This document shows, piece after piece, positions 8,823 to 17,600 of a DNA stretch of 21,791 nt (positions within the stretch are counted from its first letter, which is position 1; each line of letters begins with the position of its first letter). This stretch comes from Promethearchaeota archaeon (lineage in GTDB: Archaea; Asgardarchaeota; Lokiarchaeia; Sigyniarchaeales; SOKP01). A program made the translations under genes and the position numbers. The notes below the pieces were generated by a model that saw only the letters and a program-made list of their open reading frames with translations, ran no database searches and was not told the DNA's origin. The stretch is taken from NCBI GenBank assembly GCA_048939015.1, contig JBHLPW010000071.1, positions 1 through 21,791 on the forward strand, in the 5' to 3' direction.

Positions 8823-10661
8823 TTATGAGCCCTCCTTTTGTTTCATTAATTCGGTAATATCGATATCAAACTTTTTTATAAATATCTTTTGATATTCTTT
8901 TGATGATTTCAAAAGGTCTTCATGAGTACCCATAGCAGATATTTCTCCTTTTTTTAGGACAATTATTAAATCAGCCCATCGAATTTGAGAAAGTCTATGA
9001 GTTATGAGTATTGTAGTTCTATTCTTAAGAATATTTTTAATTGCCCTTTGTATCTTATCTTCTGTATTTGAATCAATAGCAGAGGTTGAATCATCTAGAA
9101 TAAGAATTTTTGGATCAGAGAGAAAGGCACGTGCTATTGCTATCCTTTGCCGTTCACCTCCACTTAATTGGACGCCTCTCTCACCTACCTCTGATTCGTA
9201 TTGTTTAGGAAATTCTTCAATGAAATCATTCGCTTGAGCTTCTTCTGCACAACTTCTTATATCTTCCATGGATGATGTTCTTCCAAATGAAATATTGTTG
9301 AAAATAGTATCAGAAAATAAAAAAACATCTTGTTCAATAAAAGAAATCTGGCTTCTTAGTGATTCTAAAGCGTAATCTCTTATATCTGAGTTGTCTATTA
9401 AAATTCTACCCTCATTCACATCATATAATCGAGAAATCAATTTAGTTAGTGTTGATTTTCCAGATCCTGTTGTACCTACAATTGCTACAGTTTGACCTGG
9501 TTTTACATTAAAATTAATGTTTTTTAATACAGGTTTTTTACTATCAGGATAAGTAAATGAAACATCTTCAAACGTTATTTCCCCGTTTATCTCTTTGGTG
9601 ATGCCTTCTATATTTTCATCAATTTCCGTTTCCCTATTCATTAATTCTAATAATCTTTCAGAGCTAGTAATAGCAAGACGAATAATCGCAAATACAAAAA
9701 TAGATATAAATGTTGGAAACCGTAATTGAGCTATTAAACCATAATATGCAATTATTTCTCCTATACTCATTAAATTTAGAAAGTTTAAAAAAATAGCATG
9801 AGCAAATGCTATGGTCAATGCTATTGATAATATTAGGATGGGAAGGTATTTTGCTTGTATTTTAGCTTGATCTATATATGCATCTCGATACCACTTAGCT
9901 TTGGTATAATATTTTTCCATTTCTTTTGCTTCTTGAACAGTAGCTTTAACCACTTCTATCCCTGTTAACGTTTCATTAAATGTGGCATTCATCATTCCAA
10001 ATGATTCTCTCATTCTTCCGGTAATTGGTCCTAATTTACGAACATATGATCTTAAGAGGAACATGAAAAGTATGGAAAACATTAAAGGTGCGAGTATCAA
10101 CTGTGTTGGATAAAAAATGATAATATAAATTAGAGGTACAATTAAAGCAGTAAATGATTCAAAAATCAAAGAGAGTGCAGGACTTATCAAAAAGTTTAGC
10201 ATTCTAACATCATCAGTTACTCTTGCCATTAACTCTCCAATTTTCTGTTGCTCATGAAATGACTGACTTTTTCCTAAGAGATTTGAATAGAATTCTTTTC
10301 TGCAATCTCTTTCCATTCTTTGTGCAATTACTTCTCTTAACATATAATTTGTGACTCTCATTACTGGTGTTCCCACACTTAGTAGCAAGATTATAAAAGT
10401 GTAAGATAATATTGTGGTATAATTTCCGATTAAAAAATCAGATATAGCCTTCCCAATAATTACATAAATAATTGAATTTAAATTAGAAGTAATTATTGTA
10501 GTAATTAAAACGATAAGGAATAAAAACTTATTAGATCCATGAAATATATGCTTCAAAATCCATCTTCGGGATCCTTTTCGGCGCGATTTTTCAAAAGGAT
10601 CCTTTCCTGGTGAAAATTCGACATATCGGGTTTTAATAATATTCTCTTTGCTTATTTGCAT
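8823..10661 (-). CDS. ABC exporter (TMD-NBD half transporter), subunit with degenerate Walker B
   Basis: TM domain; Walker A GTTGSGKST; signature LSGGE; Walker B ILILDDST (Glu to Asp); H-loop ITHR. A GGGAG RBS lies upstream. Confidence 0.95.
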   Translation of the reverse strand: MQISKENIIKTRYVEFSPGKDPFEKSRRKGSRRWILKHIFHGSNKFLFLIVLITTIITSNLNSIIYVIIGKAISDFLIGNYTTILSYTFIILLLSVGTPVMRVTNYMLREVIAQRMERDCRKEFYSNLLGKSQSFHEQQKIGELMARVTDDVRMLNFLISPALSLIFESFTALIVPLIYIIIFYPTQLILAPLMFSILFMFLLRSYVRKLGPITGRMRESFGMMNATFNETLTGIEVVKATVQEAKEMEKYYTKAKWYRDAYIDQAKIQAKYLPILILSIALTIAFAHAIFLNFLNLMSIGEIIAYYGLIAQLRFPTFISIFVFAIIRLAITSSERLLELMNRETEIDENIEGITKEINGEITFEDVSFTYPDSKKPVLKNINFNVKPGQTVAIVGTTGSGKSTLTKLISRLYDVNEGRILIDNSDIRDYALESLRSQISFIEQDVFLFSDTIFNNISFGRTSSMEDIRSCAEEAQANDFIEEFPKQYESEVGERGVQLSGGERQRIAIARAFLSDPKILILDDSTSAIDSNTEDKIQRAIKNILKNRTTILITHRLSQIRWADLIIVLKKGEISAMGTHEDLLKSSKEYQKIFIKKFDIDITELMKQKEGS

Positions 10662-10805
10662 TGAATTATAAAACTCCCTACAATAAAAATTATAATTTTC
10701 GAGTTCTTATTCTTAAAATGAATAATTGTTAATAGATTTTATACATTTTAATTATAAATTATTGGAACTAATGATTATTAAACTCTAAATTGGTGAAAAT
10801 TTTCT

Positions 10806-11300
10806 ATGGAAATATTATTTAGAAAAGCTAATGTTAAAGATGCAGAAGAGATCTCTGCAATTTGGAGCGTTATATGTTCTGAAAGAATTTATTCTGCTGT
10901 TAATAGACCCTTCACTACTGAACAAGAGCGAGAATACATTTCTTCTCTTTCAGAAAGAGAAGGTATTTTTGTGGCTGAAAAAGATAATCAAATTACAGGT
11001 TTTCAGTCATTAGATAAATGGGCTAAATATTCAGATTCATTTGATCATGTTGCTGTTATTGGTACCTTTGTATTACCTAGTTGGCGTGAGAAAGGTATAG
11101 GACGTCAGTTAACTCAGTACGTATTCAATTTCGCTCGAAATCATAGCTATGAGAAAATTGTTATTTACGTAAGGGCGAGTAATTCTGGAGCAATAACATT
11201 TTATAAAAATTTGGGATTTATTCAAAAGGGAATATTAAAACTCCAAGTGAAAATTGATGATCAATATGATGATGAAATATTCATGGAATTCTTCCTATAA
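10806..11300 (+). CDS. GNAT family N-acetyltransferase
   Basis: N-terminal FRKANVKDA; acetyl-CoA binding motif FVLPSWREKGIGRQL; C-terminal NSGAITFYKNLGF. GGTGA RBS about 9 nt upstream. Confidence 0.92.
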   Translation: MEILFRKANVKDAEEISAIWSVICSERIYSAVNRPFTTEQEREYISSLSEREGIFVAEKDNQITGFQSLDKWAKYSDSFDHVAVIGTFVLPSWREKGIGRQLTQYVFNFARNHSYEKIVIYVRASNSGAITFYKNLGFIQKGILKLQVKIDDQYDDEIFMEFFL

Positions 11301-11418
11301 TTTTGCTATTAGATTATTTTCACCATGAATAGAGTTTTATTAACTGGTTAATAATTTCGACAAAATTCTATGAATTATTAAAGAATAATTTAAATATTTA
11401 AAGTTTTATTAAGTACAT

Positions 11419-11559
11419 GTGTCTGATAAAGATATTGCATATGATTTACGGTTGGAGGAAGAATTAGAAACAGTAAAGCTAAAGATTTGGTTGCAAGAAG
11501 AGTTACAACTAATTCCTGCCAAATATCATTCCCTAATCCTAAAAAGTGTTACTAAGTAA
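11419..11559 (+). CDS. Small hypothetical protein (46 aa)
   Basis: Read by hand from a GTG start: MSDKDIAYDLRLEEELETVKLKIWLQEELQLIPAKYHSLILKSVTK*. The composition is helical and protein-like, and the ORF is convergent with the RAM gene without overlap. Confidence 0.5.
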   Translation: MSDKDIAYDLRLEEELETVKLKIWLQEELQLIPAKYHSLILKSVTK

Positions 11560-11598
11560 TTAGTAGCTCAAAATACTCTTCGCTTCTTTACATCTAGT

Positions 11599-11883
11599 TT
11601 AATAACTGTAATTTCTTTTTGTCGAAATAAGAGTAGTAGTTGCCTCTATCCAGTTAGATAACTCAGCATCAGTTCTACAAAATGAAACAATTCCCTCTAA
11701 ATCCTCGAGATTACTAAAAATACATTCTATCAATAAATCCCAGCCACCATAGACGGGAGTTGCATATGTTATTTTCCAATGTTCATCTTTATTACTAGAC
11801 TTCAGATTTTTGATTTTTTCTATTACTTTCCATTGAGTACCAATGATCTTTAATCGAACTAAAATATATCCACGATAATAAAT
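11599..11883 (-). CDS. Stand-alone Lrp/AsnC ligand-binding (RAM) domain protein, 94 aa, apparent ATT start
   Basis: Hand translation: (M)YYRGYILVRLKIIGTQWKVIEKIKNLKSSNKDEHWKITYATPVYGGWDLLIECIFSNLEDLEGIVSFCRTDAELSNWIEATTTLISTKRNYSY*. It has the RAM-type patterns YILV, VYGGWDLL, LEDL and TTTLI. An AGGTG RBS lies 8 nt before the ATT. Absent from the ORF track. Confidence 0.8.
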   Translation of the reverse strand: MYYRGYILVRLKIIGTQWKVIEKIKNLKSSNKDEHWKITYATPVYGGWDLLIECIFSNLEDLEGIVSFCRTDAELSNWIEATTTLISTKRNYSY

Positions 11884-11937
11884 TTGTTTGACACCTAAAC
11901 TTTATCTTGGGGAGTTGAGTAATAAATTGTAATATTT

Positions 11938-11994
11938 TTACAAGATTTTTCAAGATTTCTATTAATAATTAAATAAAAGATTAAAATCTTGTAA
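11938..11994. promoter_or_regulatory. Inverted/direct repeat cluster in divergent promoter region (candidate operator)
   Basis: TTACAAGATTTT (11938-11949) and its perfect reverse complement AAAATCTTGTAA (11983-11994); tandem CAAGATTT at 11941 and 11951; AAGATT-AA-AATCTT palindrome at 11977-11990. Confidence 0.5.
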
Positions 11995-12145
11995 GCAATT
12001 TATGATTTTTGTTGCTTGAATCATCACAAACAATAAAAAGATCCAAAAATTTAAAAGAAATCCAAGAATTCATTTAAAAATATTCGTATTTCCTTATACT
12101 TAAATGTATTTTACAATACCTTCAATGTGTAGATACTATTAATTA

Positions 12146-14092
12146 ATGATTTTACTAATAAATCATCTAAATATGACGTTAAATTGGAACATTGAAGTTT
12201 TAACAACATTTATTGGATTTGTATTCTTCTTAATTTTTGTTTTGATTTTAGCAAAACTAATTTATGTTAAGAAAACGAAACTTTTTCTATTTCCCTTAAT
12301 TACTTTCTCTATATTTGCTGCTTTCCATATTTTTGAAACTACTACTTATCTTTTTTTAAGTTTTGAATTGAAACGTCTAAGTCAGATGACTGTATCGATT
12401 GGTTTATTCGCGTTAATATTAAACGTAGATTTAATTTCTAAGGAAAGAGTGAGTTATTATAAAGTTGTTGTTGCAAGTTTTTTTATTGGTGTTGTGTCAG
12501 TTTTAGTTTTTTTACCAGAAAATATCCAACAATATATTCATGTAATTGGAGGATATCAAACATTAGGAATTAAAGGACCTTTAAGAATAATAAATATTTC
12601 TATTTTGTTTGTAGTTTGCTTTGAACTTACCTCTTGGTTTTATAGAACTTGGCGTAGAGCTCCAAATGAACTACGAAAGGATGCTCTTGGGTTATTTATA
12701 ACTTCAGTATTATTTTACATTTGCACTCTCTTTCTATTTCTCTTAGGAATTTGGTTAATAGTTCCAATAGGTTATTTAATTACTGCAGCTACTGTATCAA
12801 TAGTAGCTTTTTTTGTATATCGACAACCAAAATTATTATATATTTTATCATTCAGGGGACAGCGAATAACAGTTGTAACAAATCAATCTGGAATGCCCAT
12901 TTTTGATTTATCTTGGGAATTGAAGGGAGTTAAGATTCTTCCAGAACAAAAAGGTTTTGTGAAATGGATACCAATACTTCAACAATTAAGTCGAGAAATT
13001 ACCTTACATAGTAATGTTAGAGAAATGAAATTAGAAAACTCAACGATTCTTTTCAAGCATGGCGATTATATAACCACTGTCCTTCTCTCTACAAGACAAT
13101 CTCCTATTTTACGAGAAGCTTTGGAGAATTTTACTAAAGCTTTTGAGAATAAATATGAAAAATTGCTTAGATTAGGTATGAATGATTCTGCTAATTTTAA
13201 TGAAGTAAATAAATTGATTAATGAATTTTTTCCATTAGGTACTAGTTCACGAATAGAACCAGTAGAAACATTAGAGAGTTATTTAGAAGAATTGGTAAAG
13301 AGAAGAACTATTGAATTAGAACAAGTTAATGCTCGCTTAGAAGAAGCAGATCGAATAAAATCATTATTCTTAGCTTCAATGAGTCATGAATTACGTACAC
13401 CATTAGCATCGATATTGGGGTATACAGAATTAATAATGCTAGGATATTCCGGGGATATAACAGAAGAACAACACCAACAACTTAATTCTGTTTATAATAG
13501 TGCTAACCATCTCTTAAATCTTATAAATGGAATCCTTGATATATCTAAAATAGAGGCAGGTAAAATTGAAATATATCCTGAGGAGTTTAAGCTTAATGAT
13601 TTAATTTCTGAAGTTCTTGAAGCATTTACCCCAAAATTTTCACAAAAATCACTGATTATGCAGAAAGATCTTACTAATAATATAAAACTAATAACAGATA
13701 AAAATCGCCTTAAGCAAATATTATTTAATCTTATTGGTAATGCTGTTAAATTTACTCCTGAAGGTGGTAACATTACAATTAAAACAAATAATATTGATAA
13801 TGAATTTTTTAAGGTTCAAGTGATTGATACAGGGATAGGGATTAGTGAAGATGGAGTTACTCGTCTTTTCAAACCTTTTCAACAAGTTGACTCTTCATTA
13901 GAAAAAAGTATGGAAGGAACGGGATTAGGTTTATATCTTTCAAAAAAATTAGTTAATCTTTTAGGTGGAGAGATCAGTGTGGAAAGTGAATTGGGTCAAG
14001 GTAGTAATTTTAACTTTACTCTACCATGCAAAGTGGAACTTGATTATACGTCTAATTCCAAAATTTCAGTAGAAAAGAGATTGAAAATTTAA
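12146..14092 (+). CDS. Membrane sensor histidine kinase: 7TM domain, longin-like domain, coiled coil, HisKA, HATPase_c
   Basis: Seven hydrophobic segments in aa about 17-225. H-box FLASMSHELRTPL (H414), N-box QILFNLIGNAVKFT, G1 DTGIGI, F-box LFKPFQQ, G2 GTGLGL. The start could alternatively be ATG 12173. Confidence 0.93.
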   Translation: MILLINHLNMTLNWNIEVLTTFIGFVFFLIFVLILAKLIYVKKTKLFLFPLITFSIFAAFHIFETTTYLFLSFELKRLSQMTVSIGLFALILNVDLISKERVSYYKVVVASFFIGVVSVLVFLPENIQQYIHVIGGYQTLGIKGPLRIINISILFVVCFELTSWFYRTWRRAPNELRKDALGLFITSVLFYICTLFLFLLGIWLIVPIGYLITAATVSIVAFFVYRQPKLLYILSFRGQRITVVTNQSGMPIFDLSWELKGVKILPEQKGFVKWIPILQQLSREITLHSNVREMKLENSTILFKHGDYITTVLLSTRQSPILREALENFTKAFENKYEKLLRLGMNDSANFNEVNKLINEFFPLGTSSRIEPVETLESYLEELVKRRTIELEQVNARLEEADRIKSLFLASMSHELRTPLASILGYTELIMLGYSGDITEEQHQQLNSVYNSANHLLNLINGILDISKIEAGKIEIYPEEFKLNDLISEVLEAFTPKFSQKSLIMQKDLTNNIKLITDKNRLKQILFNLIGNAVKFTPEGGNITIKTNNIDNEFFKVQVIDTGIGISEDGVTRLFKPFQQVDSSLEKSMEGTGLGLYLSKKLVNLLGGEISVESELGQGSNFNFTLPCKVELDYTSNSKISVEKRLKI

Positions 14093-14113
14093 AAAAGGAG
14101 ATGAGAAAATAAA

Positions 14114-14473
14114 ATGGTGCGAGTTTTAATTATTGAAAATGATAGACAAAATCGTGCATTGATAACATTTATACTTGAGAAAAATGGATTTGATGTATTA
14201 GAAGCTATAAATGGTCAAGCTGGGGTTCAATTAGCAATAATGGAAAGACCAGATTTAATTTTAATGGATATACAATTACCAATTATGAATGGATTTAAAG
14301 CCACAGAAATTCTTAGAAAAAATAATGAGACTAAAGATATACCTATAATTGCTGTTACAGCTCATGTAATGAATGGAGATTGGCAAAAAGCATTCAAGAC
14401 AGGATTCACTGATTACTTAATTAAACCTTTTAGTATTTCAGATTTCCTTACGCTAGTTAATGAATATGTATGA
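14114..14473 (+). CDS. Single-domain response regulator (DivK/CheY-like receiver)
   Basis: PDLILMDIQLP (phospho-acceptor Asp), IIAVTA and YLIKP motifs; no output domain. GGAGATGA RBS 9 nt upstream; starts 21 nt after the kinase stop. Confidence 0.94.
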   Translation: MVRVLIIENDRQNRALITFILEKNGFDVLEAINGQAGVQLAIMERPDLILMDIQLPIMNGFKATEILRKNNETKDIPIIAVTAHVMNGDWQKAFKTGFTDYLIKPFSISDFLTLVNEYV

Positions 14474-14620
14474 ATAAATAAGTTAAATTGTAATATATTC
14501 TCAAAATTTTCCATGATATTTACTAAATATTAAATATATCTTTTTCAACTTGTAGTATTAATATTTGCATTAACAATAGGAAGAGCAAACTAAAGAGAAT
14601 CTTCTGTATTCTTTATTTTT

Positions 14621-17600
14621 CTACCAATATATTTCTTTTAATGTTCTATGGTATTCATTAAGTGATTTTATTTCAAGTTTTTTTCTACGAATTTTTTCAA
14701 TTGCTCCTATTAAAGCTTTTGCAAGTTGTAGATTAATGATAACAGGAAGATTGTAATCTACCGCCATCCTTCTGATTTTATACTCATCTTCCATTATCGT
14801 TCTAAATTTTTCTTTAATTGTTGTTGGAAATGGTATATTAATAACTAAATCAATTGCTCCATTTTGTAAACATCCCATGATATTCGGTTCCATTCCATAT
14901 TCATGGATTTTGTAGAGTTTAACAGCATAAATTCCATTATTTTTTAGAGTAACAGCAGTATCTTCTGTTGCAAAAATTGTAAATCCTAAATCTTTTAGTT
15001 TTTTGGCTAAAGGAATCACTTGTTGTTTTAATTCTTTTCCACCTACAGAAATTAAAACATTTCCCCCATGAATTGGAATATTCATTTCAGCAGCCTCAAG
15101 CGATTTAATTAACGCATCTGAAAAATCTTCTCCTATGCATGCCACTTCTCCAGTAGAAGCCATTTCAACACCTAAAACTGGGTCTGCTTTATCCAATCGC
15201 ATAAATGAAAACATTGGAGCCTTTATTGAAACATATTTGCCATATGGTAATTCCATTATTCTATGTGGTATTTTTGCACCCATAAATACTTCCGCAGCAA
15301 GTCTCATTAGATTAATACCTCTTGTTTTTGAAACATAAGGCATACTACGACTAGATCTAAGATTGCATTCAATCACAAATACTTCATCATCCTTGATAAG
15401 ATATTGTACATTAAATGGTCCTCTAATTTTTAATGCTAATGCAATCTCTCGTGTATTTTTCTCGATTATGTTAATTATATTATCATTAACAGTTTGAGGT
15501 GGAATTGACATTGTTGCATCACCACTATGAACACCCGCATTTTCTATATGTTCCACAATTGCCCCGATAAATACATTAGTCCCATCACTTACACCATCAG
15601 CTTCGATCTCTCTTGCTCCAGTGAAGAATTTAGTGATGACTACAGGATATTCTTGAGAAACTGCTGCGGCAAGATCCAATGTATCTCTTAAAGTCTTCTC
15701 ATCATAGGAAACTCTCATAGCAGCACCACTTAAAACATAAGAAGGACGCACTAATACGGGATATCCAACTTTTTTAGCAAATCTTAGTGCCTCCTCCTTA
15801 TTTGTTAACATACTCCACTGAGGTTGCTTGATTTTCAATTGATCTAACAGGTTACTGAACTTTGAACGATCTTCTGCCATGTCAATTCGGCTTCCATGAG
15901 TTCCTAATACGTTAAGATTAACTTTTCTAAAAAATTCTGAATATTTAGAGAATTTTGCAGCAAGATTTTGAGCGATTTGTCCCCCTACAGATACCACAAC
16001 TCCATCAGCTTTTTCAAGTTCTACAATATCTAGTACACGTTCTCCAGATAATTCTTCAAAATAAAGTTTATCTGAAGTATCATAATCAGTAGAAACTGTT
16101 TCTGGATTATAATTAATCATTATTGCTTGATCAATCCCCAATTTCTTTAATCCCCAGAGGCAATTGACTGAACCCCAATCAAATTCTACAGAGGCACCAA
16201 TACGGTAAGTTCCAGAACCTAATACAACAACTTTTTTCATATTTTGTTTGTTTTCTTTCTCAAAGTCAATGTCATGCTCAGAGGCAGCATAGGTTAAATA
16301 GAGGTAATTAGTAATTGCAGGCCATTCTGCTGCTAATGTATCAATTCTTTTTACGTAAGGTTGAATTTGATACTTTCTCTTTAATATCTGCCTTATTGTA
16401 ATTACATCTAGTCCCATTATTTTTGCAATTTGCCCATCAGAAAAACCAAATCTCTTAGCTCTTTCAAAATTGTAAAGTTTTTCCTCATCTGTAGCCTCTA
16501 AAAAGTCTATTGATTTTAAACTCCTTTCAATATCAAGAATATTATTAATTTTATAGAGAAACCATTTATCAATCCGAGATAGCTGATATATCTCATCTAT
16601 AGAGATTCCTTGACGTATAGCCTCGACTAAACGAAAAACTCGTAAATCCGTTGGATTAGCTAAAGTAAATTTTAATTCATTAATATCTTTGATTTCTTTG
16701 ATATCATTACCTACTAATCCTTTTACTCCAATATCTAACATCCGTAATGCTTTTTGAAGGACTTCCTCAAATGTTCGACCAATAGACATTACTTCGCCAA
16801 CAGACTTCATTTGAGAACCGATTTTTCTATCAACTCTTTGGAATTTAGTCAAATCCCATCTAGGTATCTTTAATACGAGATAATCTAAAGCAGGCTCAAA
16901 ACAAGCAGTTGTAATTCCTGTTATTTTATTCTTGAGTTCAGGTAAAGTATAACCAATTGCTAATTTTGCTGCTATATATGCCAAAGGATATCCTGTAGCT
17001 TTAGATGCTAACGCAGATGACCGTGAAAGGCGAGCATTTACTTCTATTGCTCTAAATTCTTTTGAGAATGGATCTAACCCATATTGGATATTGCATTCAC
17101 CTATGATCCCTAGATTTCTTATAACACGTATAGAAGCTGAACGCAGCATCTGATATTCTTCATTGGTTAACGTTTGACTAGGAGCAACTACGATAGATTC
17201 TCCTGTATGTATCCCAACGGGATCAAAATTTTCCATGTTACAATTGATAAAACAATTGTCTTCAGCATCCCTTACTACTTCATATTCAATTTCCTTCCAG
17301 CCCCATATACTTTCTTCAATTAATATTTGATTTATTCGTGATTGGGCAAGTCCTTTCTTTGCCATTTTTTCAAATTCTCGCATATTATTACATATTCCAG
17401 ATCCTCGACCACCTAAGGTATAAGCCACCCTAATCATGCATGGAAATCCAATTTCTTTTGCTGCTTTGAGAGCATCGCTATAAGACGAGACTGCTCGACT
17501 TTTACAAACTTTTACTTCCGAAGCATCCATAGCTTGTACAAAAAGATCTCTATCTTCAGTAGCTTCTATTGCTTCTATTGGAGTCCCTAGAACCCTAACA

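Noticed and set aside
11859-11894. GTG-initiated 11-codon minus-strand ORF that could enter the RAM frame by a -1 shift
   Set aside because: There is no canonical in-frame X_XXY_YYZ slippery site, and the GTG is better explained as part of the AGGTG RBS for the ATT start.
14101-14112. Mini-ORF ATG AGA AAA TAA before the response regulator
   Set aside because: The ATG is part of the GGAGATGA ribosome-binding site and has no RBS spacing of its own.
14594-14620. Weak AGAAT/ATTCT hairpin between the response regulator and carB
   Set aside because: The stem is too short and AT-rich to distinguish from background.
9004-15338. Small nested ORFs 9004-9237, 10831-11013, 12721-12906, 13492-13773 and 15135-15338
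   Set aside because: They lie entirely inside strongly supported genes, antisense or out of frame, with no independent coding signal.
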